Assembly (NCBI GenBank): GCA_031430015.1
Contig: JANPAR010000004.1
Location: 20,418 to 84,417, forward strand
Source of the DNA: Burkholderiales bacterium
GTDB lineage: Bacteria > Pseudomonadota > Gammaproteobacteria > Burkholderiales > JAEUOS01
Direction: 5' to 3'
Length of the DNA: 64,000 nt
The notes under the pieces are model-generated. The model had not been told where the DNA came from. It saw nothing but the letters and a program-made list of their open reading frames with translations, and searched no databases. Of the stretch, positions 32,771-44,168 are shown piece by piece; the stretch's first letter is position 1, and each line of letters opens with the position of its first letter. Made by a program: the position numbers and the translations under genes.

Positions 32771-33685
32771 TTGATCGACTGCCTTGTCATCACCGGCGTC
32801 GGCCTGATCGGCGGTTCGTTCGCGCTCGCGCTCAAACAAAAGGGCTTGGTCAAACACGTCACCGGTGTCGGGCGCAGCCGCGCCAATCTGGAGCGTGCAC
32901 TTGAACTCGGCTTGATTGACGATATTGCCGGCGACACCGCATCGACATCTCGTGCCTACGCCCGCGCTGATTTCATCTTTGTCGCCACGCCCGTCGGCCA
33001 AATGGCGCGCGTGTTCGCAGACATCGCACCGCAGCTCAAAGACGGTGCGGTCGTCTGCGACGGCGGCAGCACCAAGTGCGATGTAGTCGCTCTCGCACGC
33101 GCCGCGTTCGGTGCTCGCATCGGCCAGTTCGTCCCGGCTCATCCTATCGCCGGCGCAGAGCTGACCGGCGCCGACGCCGCCAAGGCGAATCTCTACGAAG
33201 GCAAAAAGCTCGTCATGGCGCCCCTGCCAGAAACCGCTCCAGGAGCCATTCTGCGCGTGCAACAAGCCTGGGAGGCTTGCGGCGCAAGGGTTTCCACGAT
33301 GACGCCCGAGCTGCACGACAAAACCTTCGCCGCCGTGAGCCACCTGCCGCACGTGCTCGCCTTTGCGCTGGTCGACGAAATCGCCCGCAAGCCGCACGGC
33401 GATACGCTGTTTCAATACGCCGCTAGTGGCTTTCGCGATTTCACTCGTATCGCTGGCTCGTCGCCTGAAATGTGGCGCGACATTGCGATTGCCAACCGCG
33501 CTGCATTGCTCACCGAGATCGATGAATTCACCGCACGCCTGCAAGCCGTGCGCGCGATGATCGAGGCGTCTGACGCTGCTGCGCTCGATGCCGTGTTTGC
33601 CAATGCGCGCGATGCGCGGCGAGCGTGGCTCGACTCCATTGAAAATCTGGGCAAGGTGGCTAGTCTGCCGGTGCGCGATGCTTGA
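32771..33685 (+). CDS. tyrA: Prephenate (arogenate) dehydrogenase
   Basis: ITGVGLIGGSFALALK Rossmann motif, PAHPIAG and SHLPHVLAFALV. TTG start 2 nt after the hisC stop. Confidence 0.88.
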   Translation: MIDCLVITGVGLIGGSFALALKQKGLVKHVTGVGRSRANLERALELGLIDDIAGDTASTSRAYARADFIFVATPVGQMARVFADIAPQLKDGAVVCDGGSTKCDVVALARAAFGARIGQFVPAHPIAGAELTGADAAKANLYEGKKLVMAPLPETAPGAILRVQQAWEACGARVSTMTPELHDKTFAAVSHLPHVLAFALVDEIARKPHGDTLFQYAASGFRDFTRIAGSSPEMWRDIAIANRAALLTEIDEFTARLQAVRAMIEASDAAALDAVFANARDARRAWLDSIENLGKVASLPVRDA

Positions 33686-33728
33686 CGCGCGGCGCGGCAC
33701 GCTCCTGCATCGTCGAGCCGGCTGAGAT

Positions 33729-35054
33729 ATGGAGTATCTCGATCTTCCACCAGTCGCCCGCGCCAGCGGCACCATCAAGCTGCCCGGCTCGAAAAGCATT
33801 TCCAACCGCACGCTGCTGCTCGCGGCCCTAAGTGCCGGCGAGACGCGCATCACCGATCTGCTCGACTCAGACGACACACGCGTGATGCTCGCGGCATTGA
33901 AGACGCTCGGCATCAGTGTCAGGCAAGACAGCAATGACTGGATTGTTCATCCTGGCGCGGATACCGCCGGCAGTCAGTCCGCCGGCGTGTTTCCGGTCAA
34001 GCGGGCTGATCTGTTCATGGGCAACGCCGGCACGGCGATCCGGCCGCTGACCGCCGCGCTGGCGTTGAGCGGCGGTGATTACACGCTCTCCGGCGTGCCG
34101 CGCATGCACGAGCGGCCAATTGGCGATCTGGTCGATGGCTTGCGCGCCGTGGGCGCGGATGTGCGCTATGCGGGTGCGGAAGGCTATCCGCCGCTTGAGA
34201 TTCGTCCTGCCGCCATCACGCTGACGGGCGCTGTGCCGGTCAAGGGCAATGTGTCAAGCCAGTTCCTCACGGCGCTATTGATGGCGTTGCCGCTGACGGG
34301 CAAGGCGGCAACGATTGAAGTGGTGGGCGAGTTGATCTCCAAGCCCTATATCGAAATTACGCTCAACCTGATGCAGCGCTTCGGTATCACGGTGACGCGC
34401 GATGACTGGCGCGCGTTTCACATTCCCGCTGCGCGCTATGTCAGCCCGGGCGCCATCGCCGTTGAGGGGGATGCGTCGTCGGCTTCGTACTTCCTCGCGG
34501 CGGGCGCTTTGGGCGGCGGGGCGGCTCCGTTGCGTGTCGATGGCGTGGGCCGCGCCAGCATTCAGGGTGATGTGCGCTTCATCGAATCGCTGGCGGCGAT
34601 GGGTGCCAATGTGTCCGTAGGCGACAACTGGATCGAGGTGCGCGGTGCCGATGACAACGCGCGCGGGGCCAAGCTGCGCGCCATCGACGCCGACTTCAAT
34701 CACATCCCGGACGCCGCGATGACCATCGCCGTGCTTGCCCTGTTCGCCGACGGCCCGTCCACGTTGCGCAATATCGCCTCGTGGCGCGTGAAGGAGACCG
34801 ATCGCATCGCCGCGATGGCCACCGAGTTGCGCAAGCTCGGCGCGCTGGTGGAAGAGGGCGCGGATTATTTGCGCATCACCCCGCCAGCGCGATTGAACCC
34901 CACTGCAGCCATCGATACCTACGACGACCACCGCATGGCGATGTGTTTTTCGCTCGCGGCATTTGGCGGTGTGCCGGTTCGCATCAATGATCCGGCTTGT
35001 GTTAACAAGACGTTTCCGGAGTATTTCGCTGAATTTGCGAGGCTCACCGCATGA
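33729..35054 (+). CDS. aroA: 3-phosphoshikimate 1-carboxyvinyltransferase (EPSP synthase)
   Basis: [33 protein letters not shown] and DDHRMAMCF motifs are all present. Confidence 0.95.
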   Translation: MEYLDLPPVARASGTIKLPGSKSISNRTLLLAALSAGETRITDLLDSDDTRVMLAALKTLGISVRQDSNDWIVHPGADTAGSQSAGVFPVKRADLFMGNAGTAIRPLTAALALSGGDYTLSGVPRMHERPIGDLVDGLRAVGADVRYAGAEGYPPLEIRPAAITLTGAVPVKGNVSSQFLTALLMALPLTGKAATIEVVGELISKPYIEITLNLMQRFGITVTRDDWRAFHIPAARYVSPGAIAVEGDASSASYFLAAGALGGGAAPLRVDGVGRASIQGDVRFIESLAAMGANVSVGDNWIEVRGADDNARGAKLRAIDADFNHIPDAAMTIAVLALFADGPSTLRNIASWRVKETDRIAAMATELRKLGALVEEGADYLRITPPARLNPTAAIDTYDDHRMAMCFSLAAFGGVPVRINDPACVNKTFPEYFAEFARLTA

Positions 35055-35806
35055 ATGGTGCAATCACTGCGCCGGTCATCGCGATTGACGGCCCGTCGGC
35101 CTCGGGTAAAGGCGCCGTCGCCCAGCTCGTGGCCGCGGCTTTGGGCTTTGCCTATCTCGACAGTGGTGCGATCTATCGGGCGGCAGCGTTGGCGAGTGCG
35201 CGTGCCGGATTGGGTGTTCCGGAAGGATTGGCTGCTGCTGACGAGGCTGTGGTCGATCGTGCTGTTGCGCGACTCGCTGAGGTTGCCGGCACCATGCCGC
35301 TGCGGTTCGCGCACGGCAAGATTTGGCTCGATGCCGACGATGTCACGTCCCTGATTCGCAGCGAGGGCTGCGGAATCGCTGCATCGCGCATTTCCGCTCT
35401 GCCTGCCGTGCGCGCGGCCTTGCTGCAGCGGCAGCGCGACTTTCGCGTTGCCCCGGGTCTGGTGGCGGATGGCCGCGATATGGCTTCGGTGGTGTTCCCC
35501 GATGCGGCTCTCAAGGTGTTCCTGACGGCCAGCGCCGAAGAGCGTGCCTCGCGGCGCGTTGCGCAGTTGGCAGGCATCGCGTTAAAAGACGCCAAGTATT
35601 TGATCGAAAAAGAAAAAGATGCTAAACTTAACGTCCTTTTCGATTCCGTTTTGAGCGATTTGCAAGAGCGTGACCGGCGTGATGCCGGACGTGCTGCGGC
35701 ACCGCTAAAACAGGTTGAGGGGGCGCTGCTTCTGGATACGACGAATCTGTCGATTGAGGCGGCGGTGGCCCAAATCCTTGCATTGTGGGCTGGTGTCAGG
35801 CAGTAG
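35051..35806 (+). CDS. cmk: Cytidylate kinase
   Basis: [14 protein letters not shown]-loop, LDSGAIYRA and RD..D. ATGA overlap with aroA. It is longer than E. coli Cmk because of Ala-rich inserts. Confidence 0.9.
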   Translation: MNGAITAPVIAIDGPSASGKGAVAQLVAAALGFAYLDSGAIYRAAALASARAGLGVPEGLAAADEAVVDRAVARLAEVAGTMPLRFAHGKIWLDADDVTSLIRSEGCGIAASRISALPAVRAALLQRQRDFRVAPGLVADGRDMASVVFPDAALKVFLTASAEERASRRVAQLAGIALKDAKYLIEKEKDAKLNVLFDSVLSDLQERDRRDAGRAAAPLKQVEGALLLDTTNLSIEAAVAQILALWAGVRQ

Positions 35807-35814
35807 AGAGTAGG

Positions 35815-35846
35815 GGTACCGCAACTCAGAGGTACCGCAAGAAGAA
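35815..35846. repeat. 16-bp tandem direct repeat x2 in the cmk-rpsA spacer
   Basis: GGTACCGCAACTCAGA / GGTACCGCAAGAAGAA. Confidence 0.7.
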
Positions 35847-35983
35847 GTGCGGCAATACGGCGGCAGCGAATTTCGCAACGGAGTTTCTGCCAGTTTTCAA
35901 CCAACCCCCCGCATCGCACCGGCTTTTTTGCCGGCCTCGGTCACCCCGGCGATCCGGATGCAGCATCCACTTTAGGTTTATTC

Positions 35984-37696
35984 ATGTCACTCGCTCAACA
36001 GGCCGCCGAAATGGCCAATGAAAGTTTTGCCGCTCTTTTTGAAGAGTCGATCAAGTCGCAGGAAATGCGCGCCGGCGAAGTTATCACCGCCGAAGTGGTC
36101 CGCATCGATTACAACCATGTGGTCGTTAACGCGGGCCTGAAATCCGAGTCTTACATTCCGCTGTCCGAGTTCAAGGACGATGCTGGTGAAATCACGGTCC
36201 AGATTGGCGATTTCGTCGCCGTCGCGATCGATTCAATTGAAAACGGCTTTGGCGAGACCCTGCTGTCGCGTGACAAGGCCAAGCGCCTCTCGGCATGGCT
36301 GGACCTCGAAAAAGCCATGGAGTCGGGCGAGATTGTCTCCGGCACCGTGACCGGCAAGGTCAAGGGCGGCCTGACCGTCATGATGAACAGCGTGCGCGCG
36401 TTCCTGCCCGGCTCGCTCGTCGATACCCGGCCGATGAAGGACACCACGCCGCTCGAAGGCAAGACCCTCGAATTCAAGGTCATCAAGATCGACAAGAAGC
36501 GCAACAACGTGGTGGTGTCGCGCCGCGCCGTGCTCGAGGCTTCGCAAGGTGAAGAGCGCCAGAAGCTGCTCTCCAACCTCACTGAAGGCGCGATCGTCAA
36601 GGGCGTGGTCAAGAACATCACCGATTACGGCGCATTCGTGGACCTCGGCGGTATCGATGGCCTGTTGCACATCACCGACCTCGCCTGGCGCCGCGTGCGT
36701 CACCCGTCCGAAGTGCTGGCGGTGGGCGATGAAATCACGGCAAAAATTCTCAAGTTCGACCAGGAAAAAAATCGCGTCTCGCTCGGCGTCAAACAGTTGG
36801 GCGACGACCCGTGGGTTGGCATTGGCCGCCGTTATCCGCAGAGCACGCGTCTGTTCGGTAAGGTGACCAACCTCACCGACTATGGCGCATTTGTCGAAGT
36901 CGAAGCCGGCATCGAAGGCCTGGTACACGTCTCCGAGATGGACTGGACGAACAAGAACGTGCATCCGTCCAAAGTTGTTGCATTGGGTGACGAAGTTGAA
37001 GTCATGATCCTCGAGATCGACGAAGACCGCCGCCGCATTTCGCTCGGCATGAAGCAGTGCGCACCGAACCCGTGGGACGATTTTTCGATCAACCACAAGA
37101 AGGGCGACAAGGTCAAAGGCGCGATCAAGTCGATCACCGACTTCGGCGTGTTCATCGGCCTGCCGGGCGGAATCGATGGTCTGGTGCATCTGTCCGACCT
37201 GTCGTGGTCGGCGACCGGCGAAGAAGCCGTCAAGAACTTCAAGAAGGGCGACGAAATCGAGGCCCTGGTGCTGGCCATCGACACCGAGCGCGAGCGTATT
37301 TCACTGGGTGTCAAGCAGTTGGATGGAGACCCGTTCACCAGCTTTGTGGCTGTGAACGACAAAGGCACGCTGGTCAAAGGTGTAGTCAAGAGCGTTGATG
37401 CCAAGGGTGCCGTGATCGGCCTCGATGGCGACATCGAAGCCTACTTGCGTGCCTCGGAAATTTCTCGTGACCGTGTGCAGGATGCCTCGACGCAGCTGGC
37501 GGTGGGCGACAAGGTCGAGGCAGTCATCATCAACGTTGACCGCAAGACCCGCAACATCAACGTGTCGATCAAGGCCAAAGATCAGGCTGAGGAGACGCAG
37601 GTGATCAAGCAGTTGCAGGACGCAGGCGCCGGCAATGCCAAGGAAGGCACCACCAACCTTGGCGCGCTGCTCAAAGCCAAGATGGACCAGAAGTAA
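35984..37696 (+). CDS. rpsA: 30S ribosomal protein S1
   Basis: Six S1 domains with repeated G..V.G.V..I.DFGAFV..GG.DGL.H.S. motifs. SFAALFEES near the N-terminus. The start may be 35984 or the ATG 27 nt downstream. Confidence 0.95.
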   Translation: MSLAQQAAEMANESFAALFEESIKSQEMRAGEVITAEVVRIDYNHVVVNAGLKSESYIPLSEFKDDAGEITVQIGDFVAVAIDSIENGFGETLLSRDKAKRLSAWLDLEKAMESGEIVSGTVTGKVKGGLTVMMNSVRAFLPGSLVDTRPMKDTTPLEGKTLEFKVIKIDKKRNNVVVSRRAVLEASQGEERQKLLSNLTEGAIVKGVVKNITDYGAFVDLGGIDGLLHITDLAWRRVRHPSEVLAVGDEITAKILKFDQEKNRVSLGVKQLGDDPWVGIGRRYPQSTRLFGKVTNLTDYGAFVEVEAGIEGLVHVSEMDWTNKNVHPSKVVALGDEVEVMILEIDEDRRRISLGMKQCAPNPWDDFSINHKKGDKVKGAIKSITDFGVFIGLPGGIDGLVHLSDLSWSATGEEAVKNFKKGDEIEALVLAIDTERERISLGVKQLDGDPFTSFVAVNDKGTLVKGVVKSVDAKGAVIGLDGDIEAYLRASEISRDRVQDASTQLAVGDKVEAVIINVDRKTRNINVSIKAKDQAEETQVIKQLQDAGAGNAKEGTTNLGALLKAKMDQK

Positions 37697-37838
37697 GCTT
37701 ACGGGTAAGCACGTAAACGCACGGCGGTCTTCACGCAACGTACGCGACGAATCAGGGTGCAGTAGTGACAAGGTTTGGCGGCTTGCCGTTTGACGTAGTC
37801 ACTGCACCCAGGTTCTCCAGTTAACCACAGGCGCAGCG

Positions 37839-38183
37839 GTGTCCTTCGAATTCGAAATCAACGGTGTCACCAAGTCGGATCTGATCACGCGGCTCGCCGC
37901 GCGCTATCCGCAATTGGTGGCCAAGGATGCCGACCTTGCGGTCAAGACGATTCTCGATGAGATGACTACCTCTTTGTCGCAGGGGCAGCGCATCGAGATT
38001 CGCGGTTTTGGCAGCTTTGGCCTCAACTACCGGCCGCCGCGCATCGGGCGCAACCCGAAGTCGGGCGACAAGGTGCAGGTGCCGGAGAAACACGTACCGC
38101 ACTTCAAGGCCGGCAAGGAATTGCGTGACCGCGTTGACGCGGGTCTCAATGCGGCGGCACCGCGTGCGGTGGCGGGGCGTTGA
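37839..38183 (+). CDS. ihfB: Integration host factor subunit beta
   Basis: [10 protein letters not shown]...[48 protein letters not shown] start, which may be slightly over-extended. Confidence 0.9.
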   Translation: MSFEFEINGVTKSDLITRLAARYPQLVAKDADLAVKTILDEMTTSLSQGQRIEIRGFGSFGLNYRPPRIGRNPKSGDKVQVPEKHVPHFKAGKELRDRVDAGLNAAAPRAVAGR

Positions 38184-38352
38184 GACGTATGTCCGACTTG
38201 CGAATGCAAACCCTAAACGACCCTGCCGGCTTTGCCGCTGGCGACCCGGCGGCACGCAAGTGCCGTTTTTTTTTGCGGGCGAGTGGATTGCGGGAATGCA
38301 GGCAGGAGAACCTTGCCTGCCGAGGGATTTGGCAGCACGGCCAGAGGCAAGC

Positions 38353-38766
38353 ATGCGCTACGTGACGGCTGCGCTGCGCTGGTTTTTGTTTTTGGTGTTC
38401 TTTTTGTTCGCGCTCAAAAATCACGAACTGGTCTCGCTGCGGTTTTACTTTGACCTTGAGTGGAAGCTGCCGCTGGTGCTGCTACTGTTTGTATTTTTTC
38501 TGGCGGGGGCCGTGATTGGCCTGCTGGCGCTGTTGCCGCGTGTCATGCGTCAGCGGCGCGAGATCAATACTGCGCTGGCCGAAGTGAAATGGCTGCGCGA
38601 GCCTGGTACCGGCAAACGTGCCGGGGCCCATGGAGGTGCTGGTACCAGCGGCAGTAGCGGCGCCTCTGTTGTGGCAGCGGGCGGCGTGGGAGTCACGGGC
38701 GCGACGGCTGCGGTGCTGACGCAAGCGCCGCTGGATGCAGTTGCTCCAGTACCGGCGAGGAAGTAG
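38353..38766 (+). CDS. lapA: Lipopolysaccharide assembly protein A (LapA/YciS, DUF1049)
   Basis: Two TM segments (RWFLFLVFFLFALKN and LPLVLLLFVFFLAGAVIGLLALLP). It sits immediately upstream of lapB as in other proteobacteria. Gly/Ala-rich C-terminal tail. The start is at the internal ATG and the track ORF start overlaps ihfB. Confidence 0.75.
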   Translation: MRYVTAALRWFLFLVFFLFALKNHELVSLRFYFDLEWKLPLVLLLFVFFLAGAVIGLLALLPRVMRQRREINTALAEVKWLREPGTGKRAGAHGGAGTSGSSGASVVAAGGVGVTGATAAVLTQAPLDAVAPVPARK

Positions 38767-38769
38767 GCG

Positions 38770-39945
38770 ATGGAAATTGATCTGTGGTGGTTGCTCGCGC
38801 TGCCGGTGTTTTTCGGCCTCGGCTGGATTGCTGCGCGCGTCGATATCCGCCATCTGATGTCGGAGTCGCGCGCACTGCCCGGCTCCTACTTCAAGGGCCT
38901 CAATTTCCTGCTGAACGAGCAGCCCGACAAGGCCATTGATGCTTTTATCGAAGTCGTCAAGCTCGACCCGGAGACCATAGAGTTGCACTTTGCGCTCGGT
39001 AATCTGTTCCGCCGCCGCGGCGAAATCGAGCGCGCGATCCGCATGCATACCAATCTGGTTAACCGGCCCGACCTCAACGACGAGCAGCGCCTGCATGCGC
39101 TCTATGAACTGGGGCAGGATTTTCTCAAGGCCGGCATGCTCGATCGCGCCGAAGAGTCGCTGACGCGGCTTGAGGGCACCACCTGGGCCGGGCGCGCGCA
39201 GGTGCACCTGCTCGAAATATACGAGTTGGAAAAAGACTGGGACAAAGCCGTGCGCACGGCCGAGCGTGTCGAGCGCGAGACCGGTGCCTCGCGGCAAAAG
39301 GAGATCGCACAGTTCCATTGCGAGCGCGCGGCGGCAAGCCTGGCGCGCTCGCAGCCCGACGAAGCGCGGGGCCATGTCGAGGCCGCCCTCAAGGCACATC
39401 GCAAGACGGTGCGCGCCAACATGATCCTGGGTGATATCGAAGCACACCAGAAGCAGCACGCCGCCGCGATTGCCGCCTGGCTGCGCATTGAAACCCAGGA
39501 TCCGCGCTTTCTTTCGCATATTGCGGCGCGGTTGATGGATGCGCACCGCGCGCAGGGCAAGGCACCTCAGGGTGCGCAATTGCTGCGCGGATTGCTGGAG
39601 CGCTATCCGTCGGCTGATCTGCTCGAGACTGCGTTTCAGGTCACCCTCGAAACGGCGGGTGCGGAAGCAGCCTATGCGGTGGTGCGCGAGGAATTGCGCA
39701 AACATCCCACGCTGGCCGGTCTCGACAAATTGCTCGAAGCGCAATTGCTGGCCGTACCGCCCGAGCGCGCGGGCGACCTCACCCTCATCAAAAGTCTAAT
39801 CCACGCGCATACCGAAAAACTCAAGCGCTATGCGTGCGAAAATTGCGGCTTCAAAGCCAAGCAGTTTTTCTGGCGCTGTCCCGGCTGTGGCGGGTGGGAG
39901 ACCTACTCCCCAAACCGCGCCGAAGAATTGAACGGATCCGTATGA
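38770..39945 (+). CDS. lapB: Lipopolysaccharide assembly protein B (LapB/YciM)
   Basis: N-terminal TM segment, TPR repeats and a C-terminal rubredoxin-like metal site [24 protein letters not shown]. Confidence 0.9.
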   Translation: MEIDLWWLLALPVFFGLGWIAARVDIRHLMSESRALPGSYFKGLNFLLNEQPDKAIDAFIEVVKLDPETIELHFALGNLFRRRGEIERAIRMHTNLVNRPDLNDEQRLHALYELGQDFLKAGMLDRAEESLTRLEGTTWAGRAQVHLLEIYELEKDWDKAVRTAERVERETGASRQKEIAQFHCERAAASLARSQPDEARGHVEAALKAHRKTVRANMILGDIEAHQKQHAAAIAAWLRIETQDPRFLSHIAARLMDAHRAQGKAPQGAQLLRGLLERYPSADLLETAFQVTLETAGAEAAYAVVREELRKHPTLAGLDKLLEAQLLAVPPERAGDLTLIKSLIHAHTEKLKRYACENCGFKAKQFFWRCPGCGGWETYSPNRAEELNGSV

Positions 39946-41348
39946 AAATCACCATGATCGGCACCGGCTACGTCGGGCTCGTCACCGGCGCCTGTTTTGC
40001 CGAAGTCGGCAACGATGTCATGTGCCTGGATCTGGATGCCAAAAAAATCGGTATCCTTAGCAACGGCGGCGTGCCGATTTTTGAGCCGGGTCTCAAAGAA
40101 ATGGTGGCGCGCAACGTGGCCGCAGGACGTATCCGCTTCACGACCGATCTCGATACGGCGGTGGCGCACGGCGATGTGCAATTCATCGCGGTGGGCACGC
40201 CACCCGGTGAGGATGGCTCGGCCGATCTGCAATATGTCGCTGCGGCAGCACGCAACATCGGGCAACGCATGACTGCGGCCAAGGTGATCGTGGACAAATC
40301 CACTGTGCCGGTGGGGACGGCCGACATGGTGCGTGCCGTGATTACCGCCGAGCTGGCCGCGCGCAGGGTGGACGTGCCGTTTTCAGTGGTATCCAACCCC
40401 GAGTTTTTGAAAGAAGGCGCGGCGATTGATGACTTCATGAAGCCGGATCGCGTGGTGATTGGTGCCGATGCGGCCGACGAGCGCGCTCGCACTGCCATGC
40501 GTGCCCTCTACGCGCCGTTTCAGCGCAATCACGAGCGCATGATTTTCATGGACATCCGCTCCGCCGAGTTGACCAAGTACGCGGCCAACGCCATGCTGGC
40601 AACGCGCATTTCGTTCATGAACGAGGTTGCCAACCTCGCAGAAAAGCTTGGTGCTGATGTGGAACTGGTGCGCCAGGGCATCGGCTCCGACCCACGTATT
40701 GGCTATCACTTTCTCTACGCCGGTTGCGGGTATGGTGGCTCGTGTTTCCCGAAGGACGTGCAAGCCCTGCAGCGCACCGCGCGTGAAGCCGGCGCAGGAT
40801 TTGAAATCCTTGATGCCGTGGAGCGTGCCAACGCTAAGCAAAAGCAGGTGCTGGCGAACAAGGTGGTGGCGCGCTTTGGCGAGAATCTCGCGGGTAAGCG
40901 CTTTGCCATGTGGGGGCTCGCGTTCAAGCCCAATACCGACGACATGCGTGAAGCGCCCGCGCTAGAAGTGATCGCCGCGCTGACCGCACGCGGTGCCGAA
41001 GTCTGTGCCTACGACCCGATTGCCATGGACGAGGCTACACACATGCTGGCGGGCAATGCACGCGTGTCCTACGCAGCCTTGCAGATGCAGGCGCTTGACG
41101 GTGCCGATGCGCTCGTGATCGTGACTGAGTGGAAGGAATTTCGCAGCCCCGACTTTGCCGCCATCAAGGCCGCACTCAAGACGCCGGTGATTTTTGATGG
41201 CCGCAATCTGTATGATCCGGCGCTGGTGCGTGCGCAGGGCATCGAATATGAGCCAGTGGGCCGACCGGTCCTGGGAACTCACGCGGCTGGACATGCGGCA
41301 ACGGGCAACGCAGCAACGGACCGCACGGCGAAGAAAGCATCTGCATGA
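39942..41348 (+). CDS. ugd: UDP-glucose 6-dehydrogenase
   Basis: [26 protein letters not shown] Rossmann N-terminus at the internal ATG (ATGA overlap with lapB). Catalytic [10 protein letters not shown]. About 25-aa non-conserved C-terminal tail. Confidence 0.9.
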   Translation: MKITMIGTGYVGLVTGACFAEVGNDVMCLDLDAKKIGILSNGGVPIFEPGLKEMVARNVAAGRIRFTTDLDTAVAHGDVQFIAVGTPPGEDGSADLQYVAAAARNIGQRMTAAKVIVDKSTVPVGTADMVRAVITAELAARRVDVPFSVVSNPEFLKEGAAIDDFMKPDRVVIGADAADERARTAMRALYAPFQRNHERMIFMDIRSAELTKYAANAMLATRISFMNEVANLAEKLGADVELVRQGIGSDPRIGYHFLYAGCGYGGSCFPKDVQALQRTAREAGAGFEILDAVERANAKQKQVLANKVVARFGENLAGKRFAMWGLAFKPNTDDMREAPALEVIAALTARGAEVCAYDPIAMDEATHMLAGNARVSYAALQMQALDGADALVIVTEWKEFRSPDFAAIKAALKTPVIFDGRNLYDPALVRAQGIEYEPVGRPVLGTHAAGHAATGNAATDRTAKKASA

Positions 41349-42274
41349 CCATGGCCCTGCGCGCCGCCGCGCGTCAATCCCGCGTGCTGGTGGTGGGCGA
41401 CGTGATGCTGGACCGGTACTGGTTCGGCGATGTGCATCGCATCTCGCCGGAAGCCCCGGTGCCGGTGGTCAAGGTTGAGCGCAGCGAAGAGCGCCTCGGT
41501 GGCGCGGCCAACGTGGCGCGCAATGCGGCAGCCCTTGGGGCGCAGACCACACTGCTGTCAGTCGTGGGCGACGACGAGGCCGGGCAAACCATCAAACGCC
41601 TGCTGGAAGCTGCCGGCATCTACACCACGCTGCATGTTGATTCCGCCTTCAAGACCACGGTGAAGCTGCGCGTGATTGGCCGCCAGCAGCAACTGCTGCG
41701 CATCGACTTTGAAGAATCGCCGAGCCACGAAGTGCTGACCGGCAAGCTCGAAGAGTTCAAACGCTTGCTCGCTGACAACGACGTGGTGATCCTGTCCGAT
41801 TACGGCAAGGGCGGCTTGACGCATATCGCAGAGATGATTGCCGCAGCGCGTGACGCGGGCAAGCAAATTTTGGTCGACCCGAAAGGGGATGACTACGTGC
41901 GTTACGCGGGCGCCACCATGCTCACCCCCAACCGCAGCGAGTTGCGCGAAGTGATTGGCAAGTGGGCATCCGAAGGCGATCTCGTGCGGCGTGCAAATGC
42001 GCTGCGTGAGCAATTGCAGCTTGAGGCGCTGTTGCTGACGCGTTCGGAGGAAGGCATGACCCTATTCCGCCGTGACGGCACGCTGCATTTTTCGGCGGCC
42101 GCGCGGGAAGTGTTCGACGTTTCGGGGGCCGGCGATACGGTGATCGCCACCATCGGCGTGCTGCTTGGCGGTGGCGTCACCATGCCGCAAGCGGTTGAAG
42201 CGGCCAATCGTGCCGGAGGCATTGTGGTCGGCAAACTCGGCACTGCGGTCGTCGCACCAGAGGAGCTGTTCTGA
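41345..42274 (+). CDS. hldA: D-glycero-beta-D-manno-heptose-7-phosphate kinase (RfaE domain I only)
   Basis: Ribokinase-like fold: [14 protein letters not shown]...[10 protein letters not shown], and DVSGAGDTV near the C-terminus. Its 309 aa means there is no fused adenylyltransferase domain. ATGA overlap with ugd. Confidence 0.88.
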   Translation: MTMALRAAARQSRVLVVGDVMLDRYWFGDVHRISPEAPVPVVKVERSEERLGGAANVARNAAALGAQTTLLSVVGDDEAGQTIKRLLEAAGIYTTLHVDSAFKTTVKLRVIGRQQQLLRIDFEESPSHEVLTGKLEEFKRLLADNDVVILSDYGKGGLTHIAEMIAAARDAGKQILVDPKGDDYVRYAGATMLTPNRSELREVIGKWASEGDLVRRANALREQLQLEALLLTRSEEGMTLFRRDGTLHFSAAAREVFDVSGAGDTVIATIGVLLGGGVTMPQAVEAANRAGGIVVGKLGTAVVAPEELF

Positions 42275-43275
42275 TGGGCATGATTGTGGTCACCGGCGCG
42301 GCCGGCTTTGTCGGGGCCAATCTGGTCAAAGCGCTCAATGCACGCGGCCGCACAGACATCATCGCAGTAGACAATCTGGCGCGCGCGGACAAGTTTCCCA
42401 ACCTCTCCGATTGCGACATCGCCGATTATTTCGACAAGAGCACATTTCTCGACCGTCTCGATGGCGGCCGGTGGGATGGCGAGATCGATGCCATCCTCCA
42501 TCAGGGTGCGTGCTCCGACACCATGGAGCTTGACGGCCGCTACATGATGGACAACAACTACCGCTATTCCGCAGATCTTCTCAACTGGTGCCAGATCGAA
42601 GAAGTGCCGCTGCTGTACGCGTCGTCGGCAGCGGTGTACGGCGCGGGGCCGGTATTCGCCGAAGGGCGCGCGCATGAGAAGCCGCTCAACATCTACGGCT
42701 ACTCCAAGTTCCTGTTCGACCAGATGGTGCGCCAGCGCATCGCGCAGGGCTTGACGGCGCAGGTCGCGGGCTTTCGCTACTTCAATGTGTACGGGCCGCG
42801 CGAAACACACAAGGGACGCATGGCCTCTGTCGCATTTCATAATTTCAATGAGTTTCGCGCCACCGGCAAGGTCAAATTGTTTGAAGGCTGGGCCGGCTAT
42901 GGCGATGGCGAGCAAAGCCGCGACTTTGTGTCGGTCGAAGACGTGGTCAAGGTCAATCTGCATTTTCTCGAACATCCCGATTTGACTGGCGTGTTCAATC
43001 TCGGCACCGGGCGCGCGCAGCCGTTTAACGACGTCGCCTGCGCCGTCATCAATGCCTGCCGTGCAACTGAGGGAAAAGCGGCCTTGAACCTGGCGCAGAT
43101 TCGCGCGGAGGGGCTGATCGAGTACATCCCGTTTCCCGAGGTGCTCAAAGGCAAGTATCAGAGCTACACCCAGGCCAGCGTGCAGCAATTGCGTGCAGCG
43201 GGCTACGACGGTGCGTTTTTGGATGTCGGAGCCGGTGTGGCGCGCTATGTTGCCGCGCTGCTCGGGTCAACCTGA
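42274..43275 (+). CDS. hldD: ADP-L-glycero-D-manno-heptose 6-epimerase
   Basis: [34 protein letters not shown] and [11 protein letters not shown] motifs. TGATG overlap with hldA. Confidence 0.95.
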   Translation: MGMIVVTGAAGFVGANLVKALNARGRTDIIAVDNLARADKFPNLSDCDIADYFDKSTFLDRLDGGRWDGEIDAILHQGACSDTMELDGRYMMDNNYRYSADLLNWCQIEEVPLLYASSAAVYGAGPVFAEGRAHEKPLNIYGYSKFLFDQMVRQRIAQGLTAQVAGFRYFNVYGPRETHKGRMASVAFHNFNEFRATGKVKLFEGWAGYGDGEQSRDFVSVEDVVKVNLHFLEHPDLTGVFNLGTGRAQPFNDVACAVINACRATEGKAALNLAQIRAEGLIEYIPFPEVLKGKYQSYTQASVQQLRAAGYDGAFLDVGAGVARYVAALLGST

Positions 43276-43300
43276 GAGGATTGCAGGGCGTTTAGCGTAA

Positions 43301-43360
43301 TACGGCCAGAAATGGCCACCAACGGCCAGAGTCGGCCACATACAGCCAAGTCTGGCTGAC
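43301..43360. repeat. Six degenerate tandem decamers (consensus nACGGCCAnn) upstream of the ComEA-like gene
   Basis: TACGGCCAGA / AATGGCCACC / AACGGCCAGA / GTCGGCCACA / TACAGCCAAG / TCTGGCTGAC. Exact 10-bp register. The array ends 18 nt before the ATG at 43379. Confidence 0.8.
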
Positions 43361-43378
43361 AACTACGAGGAGCGTGAC

Positions 43379-44149
43379 ATGAACAAACTGTGGATGGTGT
43401 TGATCGGATTTTTAATGAGTATCAGCATGGCGTTCGCCGCGGTCGACATCAACAGTGCCGACGAAAAAGGCCTGGATGCGATCAAGGGTATCGGCGCGGT
43501 CAAGGCCAAGGCGATTGTGGATGAGCGCACCAAGAACGGCCCGTTCAAAAGTCTCGACGATGTTGAAAAGCGCGTCAAAGGCATCGGCCCGGCGACCATT
43601 GCGCAATGGCAAAAAGACGGTTCCGTAAGCGTGGGTGGCGGCATGCCAGCCAAGGCTGACGCGAAAAAAGAAGAGAAAAAAGACGCCGCTAAAGCTGCTG
43701 CGCCGGCACCGGCTGCCGCGCCAGCCGCCGCTCCGGCTGCCGCGCCAGCCAAAGCTGCCCCTGCCGCAGCGCCTGTAGCGGCGCCGGCCAAGGCCGATGC
43801 CAAAGCGGACGCGAAAAAAGAAGCCCCCAAAGCTGACGCCAAATCCGATCCGAAAAAAGAAGCCGCCGACAAGAAAGCCGCCGAGAAAAAAGCCAAGGAC
43901 GACAAGGCCGCAGCCGACAAGAAAGCTGCCGAAGACAAAAAAGCTGCCGACAAAAAGGCTGCGGACGACAAGAAAGCCGCCGACAAGAAAGCCAAGGAAG
44001 ACAAGGCGGCGGCAGACAAGAAGGCCAAGGACGACGCCAAGAAAGCCAAAGATGCGCCCAAGGCCGGCGCCAAGAAAGACGCCAAAGACGACAAGAAGGA
44101 CGACAAAAAAGACAGCAAGGACGCACAGAAAGCTGAAGCCAAGAAGTAA
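43379..44149 (+). CDS. ComEA-like periplasmic helix-hairpin-helix DNA-binding protein with a long Lys/Ala/Asp/Pro low-complexity tail
   Basis: Signal peptide MNKLWMVLIGFLMSISMAFA. HhH module VDINSADEKGLDAIKGIGAVKAKAIVDERTKNGPFKSLDDVEKRVKGIGPATI. This is followed by about 165 aa of (AAP)n and (AADKK)n-like repeats. Confidence 0.75.
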   Translation: MNKLWMVLIGFLMSISMAFAAVDINSADEKGLDAIKGIGAVKAKAIVDERTKNGPFKSLDDVEKRVKGIGPATIAQWQKDGSVSVGGGMPAKADAKKEEKKDAAKAAAPAPAAAPAAAPAAAPAKAAPAAAPVAAPAKADAKADAKKEAPKADAKSDPKKEAADKKAAEKKAKDDKAAADKKAAEDKKAADKKAADDKKAADKKAKEDKAAADKKAKDDAKKAKDAPKAGAKKDAKDDKKDDKKDSKDAQKAEAKK

Positions 44150-44168
44150 TCAGTCGGCGCCTCACCTT

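Noticed and set aside
43363-44142. 259-aa minus-strand Ala/Ser/Leu/Phe-rich ORF, and the +2 frame Lys/Pro/Thr/Arg ORF 43797-44336.
   Set aside because: These are alternative-frame readings of the repetitive GCC/AAG-rich tail of the ComEA-like gene. The sense frame has a signal peptide, an HhH domain, an RBS and a terminator.
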